64,000 bases of DNA from Lama glama (taxonomy: Eukaryota): NCBI GenBank assembly GCA_028534125.1, contig CM052818.1, positions 1,428,001-1,492,000 of the forward strand. The letters run 5' to 3'. The notes beneath the pieces are model-generated. The model was not told the DNA's origin, ran no database searches, and saw only the letters and a list, made by a program, of their open reading frames with translations. The position numbers and the translations under genes were made by a program. Below, piece after piece: positions 38,108 through 51,629 of the stretch. Within the stretch, counting starts at the first letter, position 1. Each line of letters starts with the position of its first letter.

Positions 38108-39540
38108 ATTCTTTTTGTTCTTTTTTCTGTTCTGCAGTAGTGATTTCCACTAATCTGTATTCTAGCTTGTTGATCCCTTCCTCTACCTCATTTTAGTCCA
38201 TTCTTGATTCCTTCTAGCATGTTACTCATTTCAGTAATTTTATTCTTCGACTGTTTGAGTATTCTTTCTATTTTCCAACTCTTTGCTAAAAACTTCACTC
38301 TGTGTATCTATACTCCTCTTGAGTTCTCTGAACATCTTCACCATCATTACTTTAAACTTTCTCAGATAAATTGCCTATCTCCTCATCACTTATTTCTTCT
38401 TCTGGGGTTTTATCTTGTGCCTTGGCCTGGGAGATATTCCTCTGCCGTCTCATAATGTCTAACTTTCTCTTTGTATTTTTAGGGAGGTTAGTTATAGTTT
38501 TGACCTTGGAGAGGTGGCCCTCTGTGGGAGACGTCCTGTGCATTCCAGCAGGACACTCCTCTCTTGTCACCCAAGGGCCAGAGGCCAGCCTGTCCTAGTG
38601 TAGAGTCTGGCCTGTGTTTGTGGATTCCTTCCACAGGCTTTGGGATTGTTGTTTTCTTGTTTCTGGTATTTATTCCCTGGTGGATGAGGCTGGACCAGAG
38701 GCTTATGCAGGTTTCCTGGCAGGAGGAGCTGGTGCCTGCCCACTCCTGGGTGAACGTTGGTCCTGGACCTATGGTGGGTAGGGGCCTCTGGTGTCTAGAA
38801 GCCTTTGTGGCTTAGAAAGTCTGCTGATGGGTGGGGCTGTGTTCCCACACTGTGTGTTGTTTGGCCTGAGGCTTTCCTATAGGTTGTTGGATGGGGCTAG
38901 GTCCTGGTGATAATGAACCAATCAAGATGGCAAGCCTCCAGGAAAGCTCATGTAGATGAACACTCCCAGAGTGTCTGCCACCAGCTTTTATGTCCCTTGG
39001 GTGAGCCGCAGCCGTCCCTTACGTCTCCAAGAGACCTTCCAAAACTAGCAGGCAGGTCTGGCCCAGGTTTCTATGAAATCACTGCCTCTGCCCTTGGACC
39101 TGGCACATGTGAGATTCTGTGTACACTTCCCAAGAGAATGATGTCTCTGTCTCCCTGAGTCCCGTGGGGCTCCTGGAGCTAAGCCCCACTGGCCTTCAAA
39201 ACCAGATGTCCTGGGGTCTCCTCCCAATGCCAGAAGCCTGGCTGGGGAGCCTGACATGGGGCTTAGAGCTCTCATTCCCATGGGAGGGTCTCTGTGACTT
39301 AATTATTCTTCAGCTTGTGGGTCGCCCACCCTGGGGGTATGGAGCCCAATTATACCATGAGCATGCCCCTCCTATTGTCCTGCTGTGGTTCCCTCTTTAT
39401 GTTTCCAGTTGAAAAAGATATTTTTTGCTAGGTTCCAGTCATTTTTTGATAGTTGTTTAACAGTCAGTTGTGGTTTCGTTGTAGTCATGAGAGAGGCTAG
39501 CTCGTGGTCCTACCACTCTGCCATCTTGACTGGAAACCCT
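38108..39540 (-). mobile_element. L1 5' UTR and ORF1 N-terminus (3'-truncated)
   Basis: ORF 38352-38570 contains MRRQRNISQAKAQDKTPEEEISDEEIGNLSEK, an L1 ORF1 start. The GC-rich UTR is homologous to 53190-54660, with a YY1 motif near 39520. Confidence 0.9.
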
Positions 39541-41397
39541 TTTTGTAGTCTTTAGTTCTAAAAATTTTTTGGTTTTCCTTTAGTGAGAGGAATAGGGAGA
39601 GGTGCATCTTTTTCATGAGTTTGCTTTTGTGTAGTACTTTACAGTTGATAGTCGATCTGTTTCAAGCATGTTTGCAATACTTTGTTGAAGGATTTTTATG
39701 ATGGCTGCTTCAGAATCTTTGTCAGACAGTTCTAACATCTTTGCCATCTTACTTTGGTGTCTATTGATTGTCTTTTTTTTTTTTAAAGTTCAAATGAAAA
39801 GTTTCCTGGTTCTTGATATCGTGAATGATTTTTAATTTATTATGTGAATTTTAATGTATTATGAAATTGGATCTTATTTAAAATTTCAATTTTAGCAGAC
39901 TTTTTGGATACTATTTCAGCAGGGAAATTGGTTACTTTTTGTTGCGGATGGTGATGGAAACCTGGGTTACCCACTTGGCCTCTTTTGACACTCCTGGGAG
40001 GAGGAGTACTTTGTTATTACTGGAGGGAGGTAGGATTTCAGGTTCCCCAATAGACCTTCACTGACGCCTTCTTGGCTGGAAGGGGAAGGGCACCTTGTTA
40101 GGGGTCCTCAAGTGGCCTGTCCTGACACTGCAGTGTGAGGAAGATTTGTTACCACTGGATGATGGTGAAAATTTGGGCCTTCTTTGACACAATAATGACA
40201 GGGGTGGATTGGTGATACCTCACTACTACTTAATGGGGGTTGAAGTCCAGGATCCCCTCATGACTTTCACTGACACTGTGGGGGGGGACCTGGTTACTGC
40301 CTGATAAGAGTGAAAGTCTGTTCCCCACGTGGCCTTTTCTGATTGGATCAGGGTAGAGTTTGCATTTTTAACTCAGGGTGTTTGGCTGAAGTGGGATTGT
40401 TACTTTCTAAAAGTTTGCTATCTTGCTAGGTTGTCCCTTTCCTAGCCCTCCGGCTAGAGAGAAGAGGCTTTTTTTTTACTTTGTCTGCTTTGGTTGGCTT
40501 ACACTGGTTGTTAGTTTCTCTTATAACTAATTCTGGGATATGTGAGACCAAAACAAAGCAAAACCAACAATAACAACAACAAAAAAAAACCCCAGGAAAC
40601 TCACCTATGTGATGTTCCTTAGTTTCTGAGGTCCCTAGACAGCCTTTCTCCTTGTCTGTACCTTTCAGAATCTTATGTTTGTTTTATACATAATATCCAG
40701 GATTTTTAGCTTCTCTTATTTGGAAGAATAGGGAGAAATGTGATCTCCTTCATCTTCATTAGTTAACTTATGTACATTTCTTACAGTTGGCAAAATATTT
40801 TTGTATACATCATCTCACTTGATTCTCATAAGAAATTTATGTGTATGGCTGTTGATATTATCTACTTTTAATAGATTTAGATTTAGGCTCAGAGGATTAA
40901 AAAGAAATTCAGGAACAGAGCCAGGATCAGGAAGTCAGGAATTCTGATTCTGCATTTCTTTTTTCTCCCCTCTGCTAGTTTTGCTTCCCAGTCACTCCAC
41001 TCTATAACAGTCCTCTTTCATTTTAATGAGACTAGCATTTACTCTCTGATCATTAATTTAATAATCTTCATGTGATTTTTCAAATTGACTTTTATTTCTT
41101 TATATATTTGCATTGACTCTTTAAAGAGGTTTTAAAATTCTTTGAATGATTATCCTCCTGTATACCTTATTTTATCTTTGATTTCTTGTACAATAATTAG
41201 TATTTTAAAACTTTGCATTAAATGATTAGCTTGGGTCTCCTTCTTATGTTACTGTTTCAGATCGGCTGCATTGGTCTCAGTGAGTGTGGTGCATTTTGAG
41301 TCTTATGTATTGGCAGGAAAGATGGAAGGACTAAAAAGATGTTTTAGGTAAGGGCCTGGGCAAATGAATGGAAGTAAGAGTCAGGGGTAGAAGTGAC

Positions 41398-41602
41398 CTT
41401 CTTTCTTCTCTTCATTTCCATCTCTGTCTTCATCTCTGTCTCCCCTCTCCTCAACTCCCTTCCCCTCCTCTTTCTCTCTCCTCTTTCTCTTCCTTCCTTC
41501 TTGCTTTCTCCTCTTGCTTTTTTGCTTTCTTTCTCTGTCTCTCTTTTTCTTTTTCTCTGTCCCTCTGTCTCTCTCTTTCTGTGTCTGTCTCTTTTTCTCT
41601 CT
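41398..41602 (+). repeat. Polypyrimidine (CT-rich) low-complexity tract
   Basis: About 200 bp that are almost entirely C/T. Confidence 0.92.
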
Positions 41603-41924
41603 ATAACCAGCTTGGTTTGGTATTAAATATTGTTCTTAATAGTCTTGCACTAAGTACTGCTTAGGGTTTTTTAGTTCTCTCTCTCCTTACCCCCTCCCTC
41701 TGGCTGCTATATTTTCTATTCCCCCTTTTCAGTGCCTTTCCCATATTTTCATGGTTTCTTATGGTTTAAGGCTATTTTAAGATTTTCTTTTATAGGGCAT
41801 TTGTCCCTCAAAGGACTCTACAATCTGCTCTGATACACTTGTAAAATGTCCAAGTTTTGATCGTGACCATTTAAAAAAAATTTCTACTGTAGATTTTCTG
41901 CCTAAGGAAGCATGAAAATTCTCA

Positions 41925-43210
41925 GAACTTCAACTATCATTTATGTATCATTGACTCTCAAATATCTTTGTCTGCTGTGAACTCTCACTTGAATTCCACT
42001 CCTGTTTTCTGACTGTAAGATACCTTCACCTGGATGAAATTCTTAGTGACACCTAACACTCAAAATGTCTGAAATTAAATTCATATTCCTTCACTCTGCA
42101 AGCCTGAACAAAACCTTCTCTTCTCTTTTCTTTCTCAGCTGGTAGCTGCACTAACTAGTCTTTCAAACTAGAGACCTAGACGTTTATTCTTCTCCCTCCC
42201 TCTTTTCCATCTATTTCATTATTACAGCCCCCACCGGCATTACTCCTGTCACTCCTGCTACAGCTATGAAACCATTTTCCAGTGTTCATGCTTTGGCAGG
42301 CACTATGCTGAACTCTTTATGTGTGTTAACTCATTTAATTCTCACGGCACACCTTTCAGGTAGGTGCATCCCTATTTTACAGATGGCAGTCTGGCTCTGG
42401 ATCCTCTGCCCTTACCAAGTCTTAAAGATATTTTTTGAATCTTCTACCTCATATCCACCTCTACTACTAATGCCCCAGTTTAAACTCTCATCACCCTAGG
42501 TATAGGTTAGCAAACTTTCCAGCCTTCCATTGTTTTCTCCGTCAGGTCCATTCTCTGCATGGTCACTAGGAATGACAGCACTAAACAGCAACCTTTTCCA
42601 AATAGCTGTAGTTCCCTAACTCCTGGAAGTATCATCTAGCCTTCTTAGCCCTGCATCCAAGTCTGCCCATTACTCTCCGGTTACTGTCTCGTCCCTGTTC
42701 TCCTGCCACCTACGTGTGTCTCTTTTCACTGTAGCAACTATAAATCTGTTGGTTTCTGAAGTTATTGAGACCAGAAACTGGCCATGTGAGCATTCTTTCT
42801 CTAATCCTTCATGGGCCCCTTTGTTTTCCACCCTTGTTCTCCCACCGTAGCCCAAGAATATTCGCTTTCTATTTCCTTGCCACTGTATCTTTCCTCATAT
42901 TTTCTCTTGAACTTCGTATATTCCTCTCTTTTTGCTGAACAAACTTAGAAGATTCAGTTCCAGGTCATCTTATCTTAGAAGCCTTCCCTGAATTCCTTCT
43001 CCCCCTTCCTCCCTCTGTGGGCATCATGGTGCCCTGCACGTACCTCTGTCATTGCACTTAGTCCTCAGTGCAGTGATTTGTTTCTGTTGGTCTTGCCCCC
43101 TCAGTTGGGCTCTTTGAGGTTAAAGACTGTGTCGCAGTGATATATGTGTATAGCATTGGCAAAGTGCCTGACACACAGTAGGTATTAAACAGATGTTTAT
43201 AAGATGGAGC
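41925..43210 (+). mobile_element. L2 3' portion with a nested MIR (-, ~42265-42410)
   Basis: 'cttcaactatcatttatgt', 'tgtctgaaattaaattcat' and terminal 'gtgcctgacacacagtaggta'. MIR: 'aactcatttaattctcac...cctattttacagatg'. Confidence 0.8.
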
Positions 43211-45459
43211 TGAATTGTTATGTTCATTTTTATATTTCTAGTATTAGCCACCATATGTGTCATACACTTGCTGCTGTCTTGATACGTGTTATATGAATAT
43301 AGTTGTTGGTATGAAGCGGTGAGTTTTTTCATTGTGCACGGAAATGACACTTAACAGAAGTACATGTGGACAAGTTCCTTTTTAAAACAGTCCATTTTGA
43401 AATGTTTCGTTTATTTTTCTAAATGTCTGGAATCAGTAATTTTAAGATAGTAAAATACTTTTTGTAGTATTTCACCGGAAGCATGATATGTTGGATGTGG
43501 TAGTTCACATCTTGTTTCCGATTTGCCCAGTGATACTGGACCAGTAATATGTAACTTTGAACTTTGGTTTTCTCACGTGGAAGTGCTGGCAATTAATGTT
43601 GATGGTCTCCATAGATCAGTGTAAATACATGTGATTGTAAATTGCTATGCCATTGCCAATACTTTCATAAATGTTTACCTTTTGTCTTGGTCTGTTCTTT
43701 ATGTATTTACCCAGACTTTGCTTTTTCTTATGGTGACCTGCTCATATCTCTGAGTTTCTTTAAAGTCTCTTGAGAATCATTTAGCATATGGTTTTTGGTG
43801 ATTCTTTCTGTTTTCTAAATAGGTATTTCATTGTTGTACCCCCTGTATTTTTGGACACTTGGCAAGCAGAACCCTGAAAAAACGCCTGTGTATTTGTTAC
43901 ACAGCTGTAATCAATCTCCTAGTGTTTGAAGTGCTTTGCATTGACTGTTTGTTTAATCCCTGTCACATCTTTATGATTTATATTGGATAAGATGAAAAAA
44001 ATGACAGGATTAGCCTTGTGCTCATCAAATTTGTCAGTAAGAAGAAAAAAATGTGCTTAGCTTTTCATTCTGTGCTACCTTCTTTGAGAGTGATGTTATC
44101 TTAGAGCGAAATTTTTACCATATTAATTTTAACGGTTTTCGTTTGCTGTCATTTCCATTTTTTACTCATACTAGACTGTGTGTGAGTCAGTATATAATAG
44201 AGATTATGGGTAGATACTAAGCAGTTTGCATCAGCATGTGAAGAAGAAAAATGTTGTGGATATATTAGGTATATTGTGCCCTAGACTTGTGACTTTAGCG
44301 AAGACATTTGAACTTCTTGAATATGTTTTCTCAACTGTCACCTGATGTACTTACCTCTTAGAAAAAAATCAAAATTATGAGAACTGCCAGCAGAATCAGC
44401 TTTTCTGGTGAACTTGCTAAATACTTTGACAGTGTGGGAATTAACTTACCTTTTCGAAACTTTAACAGTAGATTCTAGTGTAAACCTTTAGGCTCAGTCT
44501 TAACCCTCAGCTGACTTTGTATTCTGCTTGCATTTTGCCTTCTTATTCTTTATACTTACTTGCTTTTTCTTTACCTACTTTTTTCTCAGCGCCACTCTTC
44601 TTATAATATCTGACACTAAAATGATTGCTTCTGTGATTTCATCCCCTTCCATGACCATGAGAATATAAAATACTCTAGGGGATAAAGAAAAGGAAGACAG
44701 GATATCAACCTCTGTTTCACCTTTTATCTCTTGAGAATACTTGAGCTTACTAGTAAGTTGCCTACCTGTTTGCTGACCTTGCATGGAAATGATCAGTGCT
44801 CTGTAACATCTGTAGACAGTTAATTATCAATTTGCACAATATGCTTTTTGGGGTCATATGTTTTTGGCTTTATCAAAAGCAGAAGTAAAAGTTAAGAATG
44901 CATTTTTCTACATCCAATTTCAGTTATGGGTATTTGGAATAGTTTATTACCCACATCTTTTGGTGTTTGATGGGTCTCTTGGCCTGGGAACACTGTGACC
45001 ATTTCAGTATTCTACTATTTTTTTAAAGTGCTCCAAAGTCTGCATTACTGGAACTTCCCTTATATAAAACATAAAAGTTTTGTTGTTGTTGTTTTAATAA
45101 TTTCAATCATAAATTTTTTTTATTAAAATCAGTCACAATTCCAATGAACAATAAGTCAGAAATTTTTCCAAACATTTGCCTTGAGTTGTTGTTTCTATTT
45201 TTAATTTTATGGAAACTAGTTTTTTTTTCTGATTGTGAAAGTAATATATGTTTATTCTAGAGAACTTGGAAAATACTAAGAGGGACAGTGTGGTAACACA
45301 CATCAATAATGATGTATTAGCCAGAAAGAGATTGTTAACATTTTAATTGATTTTACTTTTTTGAAAGATATATAAAGATATATATATATATTTATTAAAA
45401 ACATTGACATCATATTTATAAATAGACTATTGGACATAGTTTAGTATTTATATTTTTCA

Positions 45460-46943
45460 TTTGTTATAAAATGCTTAATGCATCAAATGTATAATGTATG
45501 TAAATTATAAAGCATAAAAATAAGACAAACATCTTTTTACTACTCTTCAGCTGAAGATAGATATTATCAGCAACTCTGAAGCCCTCTCAGTAGCTCAGTT
45601 TCATCAAATCCCTATTTCTTCCTCCACCAGAGACAACAGTATACTATATATTAGGTACATCATTTACTTCTGTTTTTTGTAGTTGCGTGTCTAATCATAC
45701 ATAATAAATTATTTAGTTTTTCTTGCTTTTGATCTCTATAAAATGGGTAATACATCTCAGGCTTGCATTTTACACTCAACATTAAGTTGCTGTGTATCAT
45801 TCATATCTTTGTGGCTCATTTATTTTCATTGTTTTAGTAAAATATCACGATGTACTTCACCACTCAGCTGAAGGTGACAGGTTTGATGACCTGAAAGTAA
45901 TATAGTATGGTTTGGTATATAAATTTTATCTATATATCTATATATACACACATATACATATATATACATATATATGTAATGTATGTGTAGATTATATTAT
46001 TTTGCTTACTATCACTTTCAGTTTATTTAGTTTGAAGTTGTGTTATTAGGTGTTTGAATCTTATTTTAAGATTACTTCTTATCTCTAGTAATGCTTTTGC
46101 CTGATGTTTTGTGTGATATTAAAAGAACTATACTAGTATTTATTTATTTATGTTTGGTTGGTATTTTTATTATTTTCAGTTTATTTTGAAAGTAAGTTTT
46201 TAGATGTGTCTCTTGTGAATAGCATATGGCTTGGACTTTTAAAGTAATCTAGAGTGCTCTATTATCAGGGCTGTTTATTATTTATTAATGGAATATTCAG
46301 TCTGTTTACATTTAATCTACTACTAACATATCCAGACTTTTAGCTATTGTATTAATTTGAGTTTTCTATTTTTGGGGGTCTTCTCTGTTTCCTTCTCACT
46401 TTTCTTGCCTCCTTTTGGATTGATTTTTAAAAATAATTCATCCAGTATCCCTCAAATCTCCCTCGTTCTTTTGAAAGTTATGCATACTTTGTTCTTTTAA
46501 TGGTTACTCTAAAAATTACAACATACACCCTTACCTTAGGAAAGTCTAAAGTTAATTGAACTTTTACTTTCCTCCTGGATAAGGACCTTAGGACGCCTAC
46601 ACTCTGTGTACCCTCTGTCTGATTTGTGAGATCATGGCTCTACATTTTAATTTTCCTTTTATTCCTGCTAGACATTATTATATGTTCATGAAATAAATGT
46701 TAGTTTGTTTTGGCCTGCATTTTAACTCTAATTCTTCTTTTCCTCGATCTCAGACCTTCTATTTGAGATAACTTACCCTCTGCCTGAAGAATGTCCTTTT
46801 TCATAGTTTCCATTGTTGGTTGAAGGCTGTCTGCAGCTAACATTTTTCGTTTCTGTCCCCTCCTCCGCCCCTGCTCTGGTTTGACTTGAAATTTCTTCAT
46901 TGCACTGTTATTCCTTTTTTGTTAAAATGTCTTATATGGCTGC

Positions 46944-46981
<38 letters not shown>

Positions 46982-47906
46982 TTATTATTATTATTATTAT
47001 TTTATTATTATTATTGGCGGGGGAGGTAATTAGGTTTGTTTGTTGGTTGGTTGGTCGGTTGGTTGGTTGATTTATTTAATGGAGGTACTGGGTATTGAAC
47101 CCAGGACCTCATACATGCTAAGCATACACTCTGCTGCTGAGCTGTACTCTACCCTCCTCACTCTTACTCTTGAAAGTAGGTATGTGATTTTGAGCTTGCA
47201 GTTATATTCTCTTAGTACGTTACATAGAGTATTTCACTGTCCTCCAGCTTCTATTTTTGATGGTTTTAAGTTAGCTATCAATCTGACTCCCACTTTGAAT
47301 GTAATTTATTATCTTTTTTTCCTTCTGTCTGCTTTAAAATTTCCTCCATATCTTTGGTTTTCAGCTGCTTCATTGTGAAATGTTGGTGAATAGATTCCTT
47401 TTTATTTATACTATTTTCATTTTGTTGTGTGCCTGAATCTATGGATTTGTGTCTTTCATCAGTTCTGAAAAATTCTCAGCCATTCTTTGTTTAAATGTTT
47501 TTCTTGCCTCAATCTCTCTTTATTCTTTTTCTGGAACTTTAATTAAATGTGTATTAGAATAATTTCACTCTGAACTGCATGCTGATTATTTCCTGCACTA
47601 TATTTTTCATCATTTCTCTCTGGCTTGATTCTGTATAATTTCTTCTCATCTAGTGTCTGGTTAATTAATTCTTTCTTCTGCTCTGTCCCATCTGTCAAAG
47701 ATATAGATTGAATTTTACATTTCAGTTTTTTTCCCTACTTCTAGAATTTCTCATTTCCCCAAATCTGGACTCTCCCCTCTGAATAGTTTTCTATTTTTAT
47801 AAAATATTTTCAACAGTTTCATTTTTTAAAACAAATTAAGCGTAGTTTTAGTATCTGTGCCTATTAATTCTAAAACCTGAAGTCTTTATGGGTATTTTTC
47901 TGTTTG
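45460..47906 (-). mobile_element. Diverged old L1/HAL1-like fragments
   Basis: 'ttttagatgtgtctcttgtgaatagcatat', 'gtgtctttcatcagttctgaaaaattctcagccatt'. Confidence 0.65.
46944..47157 (-). mobile_element. vic-1-like SINE with tail expanded into (TTA)n (46944-47015)
   Basis: 'gggggaggtaattaggttt...ggaggtactgggtattgaacccaggacctcatacatgctaagca'. Confidence 0.88.
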
Positions 47907-47921
47907 TTCATTCTCATGGAT

Positions 47922-48305
47922 TTTTTTTTTTTACCTGAAGTATAGTCAGTTTGCAATGTTATATTAATTTCTGGTGTACAGCATAGTGATTCAGTTATAA
48001 ATATATATATTCCTTTTCATATTCTTTTTTATTCTAGGCTATTACAAGGTATTGGATATAGTTCCCTGTGCTATAAGTAGGACCTTGCTGTTAATCTATT
48101 TTATATATAGTAGTTAGTACCTGCAAATCCTAAACTTCCAATTTATCCCTCCACCATTCTCTCCCCGACCCCATAACCATAAGTTTGTTTTCTATGTCTG
48201 TCTGTTTCAGTTTTGTCAATAAGTTCATTTGTCTCATTTTTTAGGTTCCATATATAAGTGATATATGGTATTTTTCTTTCTCTTTCTGGCTTACTTCACT
48301 TAATA
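47922..48305 (-). mobile_element. Young 5'-truncated L1 3' UTR
   Basis: Poly(T), then 'gaagtatagtcagtttgcaatgtt'. 15-bp TSD ttcat(t/g)ctcatggat at 47907-47921 and 48306-48320. Confidence 0.92.
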
Positions 48306-48389
48306 TTCATGCTCATGGATCTTGATTTTCTTTTTTTGCCTAGTTTTCTTTGACTATGTCTTGGCTGTTACTCTTGGAAGAATGTATTT

Positions 48390-48483
48390 TGTGTGTGTGT
48401 GTATGTGTGTGTGTGAGAGAGAGAGAGAGAGGGGGAGGGAGGGAGAGAAAGGGGGAGGAAGGGAGAGAGGGAGAGAGAGAGAG
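48390..48483 (+). repeat. Compound (TG)n/(GA)n/polypurine tract
   Basis: Read directly from the sequence. Confidence 0.92.
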
Positions 48484-48704
48484 TTTGTTCATTCATTGAA
48501 GCCTAGGATGAAAGTTTCTTCCTCTGGGGCTGAATTTTGTTTGCTTCAGTCAGGTACCTAGTAGCACTGCCAATAAGGGACTTTCTTAAACCTAACTCAT
48601 GTGGTCCATTCAGGTCTAGGCTCTCAATCCTTGTGCGGCCTTTCCTGTGATGACAGCTTCTTCAACATCTTGTTTCTGTTTTCCTCCTCTACTCTCTGCC
48701 CGAC

Positions 48705-48761
48705 TCCCCTGCTTTTTCCCCTCTTTCCCTTCCCTTCCCTCCCCTTCCTTTCTCCTTCCTT

Positions 48762-48793
<32 letters not shown>

Positions 48794-48815
48794 TCTCTTT
48801 CGTTTCTTTCTTTCA
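48705..48815 (+). repeat. (CCTT)n-rich polypyrimidine tract
   Basis: Read directly from the sequence. Confidence 0.9.
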
Positions 48816-49712
48816 ATATTGTGTTCCGCTTTGCCCTAAGGTATCTTGCCTTGGACTCCCTTCTGGATGGTAAGGATTTAGTGATGTATCCTTACATCTT
48901 GGCTGTAGTAGTTCTTTGAAGCTTTATGTGGGAGAGAATTGTGGATTCTTGGATGGATTTGAGTCTTAACTTCTGCCTTCCTTGCCCTTTCAGGCTTCCA
49001 AGGTGAACCCCAAGTTTCTGGAATTGTAATAGATGCCTTCAATTCAAAACTAGTTTTGATGCTCTAGTATTTTGCTTACTTCTCTTGGTATAAGTTTTCT
49101 TCTAGAATATGTCCTAGTGATTTACAGTAGCTCAGTAACACTTCAGTGCTTTTCTACTTGTTTTTTTTTTTTTGAATGGTTTTAGCTAACATTTACTTGT
49201 TTTAAGAAGAAATGTTGATTTAAGTAATCAAGTTCTTCAGTATGAGAATTTCTTTTGTGATTAGTTTTTGTTATTAGTGCTAACTCAGTTTTTTTGGAAC
49301 TTTATTTACGGATGCTATAGTCTTTCTGAGAAAATTGCATTAGCAGCTGCTTGTGGGGTGGAGGACACTGATTAATTACTTGAATCTAACTTAAATTAAA
49401 AATTCAGTTTGCTATTTTTTGAGACCCAGACTCATATATAGTGGCCACAAATGCTCAGAGAAAGTCCTCTTCTTATCCCCTGGTCCCCTGCCCTGCTCCC
49501 TGCTCCATGAACACTTATTGTGAAAGCAGACATGTGTCTGTGCTGTATGATTTTGTGGGCTATATATTTCTCTAGTTCAGTTTTGATTAAGTGTTTAGCC
49601 CTTTGTTATTAAGCCTTTTTAGCGCATCTCCAATTCTATTCCTTGCCCTGCATGAGCCAGAGGCTTTATTTCCTGTCCCCCTTGTGTATTCATTAAAAAT
49701 GAAGCTCTAGGC

Positions 49713-50008
49713 CAAGGGTTGGCAAACTTTTTTTTTGTAAAGGGCCAGATAGAAAATATTTTAGATTTTGAAGGTCATTCAGTCTGTGCTGTTGTGATCT
49801 GAAAACAACTGTAGACAATTCTTAAATGAATGAGCATGGCTGTGTTGTAAAACTCTTCATTTATGGACACTGAAATTTGAGTTGTGTATAATTTTCATTT
49901 GTTAAGGTTTCTTCTTTTTTATTTTCAATTATTAAAAATTTTAAAACAATTCTTAGCTTATGACTATAAGCTGGATTTGGCTTGTGGACCATAGTTTTCC
50001 AACTCCTG
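49713..50008 (+). mobile_element. MER58B hAT-Charlie MITE, near full length
   Basis: TIRs 'caagggttggcaaact' and 'agttttccaactcctg'; internal 'gtaaagggccagatag' and 'tttatggacactgaaatttga'. Degenerate 8-bp TSD ctctaggc / ccttaggc. Confidence 0.9.
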
Positions 50009-50749
50009 CCTTAGGCCAGTAAGATATCTTTCCTTCTGCTGCTCTCATTCCTGGCCCTTTTAGAATTTTTCTCACTTCCATACAAGCTTAGAAAAGGTTA
50101 ATATTCATTTTAATATGAAATTAAAAGAGTAATTTTCTGTTTTATCCAGCATTTTAGGTGTTTTGCAATGGAAACATTTCAGGATATATATACACTCAAG
50201 TTTCCTCAACTAACTTCCTTATTTGGAAATTGGATTTTCCACTCCCCAGTATTTGGTTTTGATAACTGAATAGTATGGTAATTTTAAAAAGTGGAAATAA
50301 TTTTTGTCTCCTATTTTGGTTCATTTTGCTAAGACAATTCAAAAGACTTAAAAGGAGGATTTTGAGTTTCTTGAAGGGAGTATCTTGTTTTCTTTCTTTT
50401 TCATTCTAAATGACCTCTGCGCAGCAAATGTCTGCTCAATAAAATGTTTTGTTATATGAACACCAATTATTACATCAGAAAATAAGTTGAGAGTTTTACC
50501 TCTGATTTTATTGTCATTATTTTAATGATGATAAAACAACTCTTGAGTTGTTTGTCCTTAGCCTTCCTCCCAGCAACGATGGAACAGTTCCTCTCCCACC
50601 TATGGCAGGGAACTTAAGCTGGTATTTGTTGTGGCTTGAAAAATACCAAATACTACCTAGCTGAATGACTTCTAAAAAGTAGGTTTGTTCTCTTTTCAAG
50701 ACATCTGATAAGAAAACTTTTGGTTGTAGTCATCAGTTCTTTAATGTTT

Positions 50750-51227
50750 GGATTGTATACATGTGCTTAAAAGAGAAAATTTGAAACAGAGGTGGTTAAA
50801 AAATAAGGGGTTTTATTTTTCTCTTGTAACACAAAGTATGGAGGTGGGCAGTCCGGGGCTATGCATTTAGGACCAAGGCTGCTGTTGCTGCTGCTGCTTC
50901 TTTTTTTTTTTTTATTTGCTCAGAAATCCATAACATGTGGCTTTTACCCACATGCATTTTCTTCTCATAATTTCAGTATGGCCTTTCTAATTCCAGCATT
51001 CTGTCAAGAAGAAAAGGAAGGATAAGAGGCAAAAGGGAATGCAAAGTGAGCTGAGTCTTTACCCTTTTAAAGAGGATTCCGAGAAGCCTCACCTATGATT
51101 TTTGTATGAGTATCAAAATGTAGTTTTTTTCACCCAAGCACATTTCCAGTTCTAACAAAACTGAAAAATCTTTCAGAATGGAAGGAGAGAATTGGTGATG
51201 GATAGGCAAACATCAATATCTGCCTCA
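50750..51227. mobile_element. MaLR solo LTR (MLT1J/K/L-like)
   Basis: 'ttaaaaaataaggggttttatttttctcttgtaac...ggaggtgggcagtccggggct' and terminal 'ggataggcaaac...atctgcctca'. Confidence 0.7.
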
Positions 51228-51629
51228 TTTAGGATTCTGCTTCTGTAGAAACCTCAAAGGAGAGGTCCTAGAGTAAAAATTTTTACTTCTAAGCATGATG
51301 GTTCTCCTTACACTTTGGGTATGCCCAGAAGAGAACTGTTTAAAACTATTATGTGAAACATGTATAGTTTTTTTTCATTTTACCGTGTTCCTTTTTCTGT
51401 GCATTATTGCCAGTGTAGTTGTGTGTGCATTTCACAAGACTTAGATTGTATCATTTATGCAGTTTTTAATCTTGATTTTCACACTTAAAAATGTAGTAAG
51501 CTTTTACCACATTATTAAAATCCCTTTTAAGTATTTTTGAAGGTTGCATATAGTACCCCATGATGTATGTGTACTGTAGTTTGTTTACCAATTCCCTTAC
51601 TGTTAAATGCTCATTTAGTTTACTTACTA

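Larger units (their letters stand above)
36135..40760 (-). mobile_element. Old L1 (L1MC/MD-like; 3' piece, ORF1 region and 5' UTR) hosting two younger L1 insertions
   Basis: 3' end 'ttattttgaaataattatag...ccctttacccagtttccccc'; antisense ORF1-region phrases at 36400-38000 and 39550-39900; 5' terminus near 40750. Confidence 0.75.

Noticed and set aside
41368..41664. Leu/Ser/Phe-rich or Lys/Arg/Glu-rich ORFs (also 48601-48919 and 61814-62020)
   Set aside because: They are translations of low-complexity pyrimidine or purine tracts.
44250..44280. 'gatatattaggt' resembling the 3' part of miR-190
   Set aside because: The seed region does not match and there is no complementary arm for a pre-miRNA hairpin.
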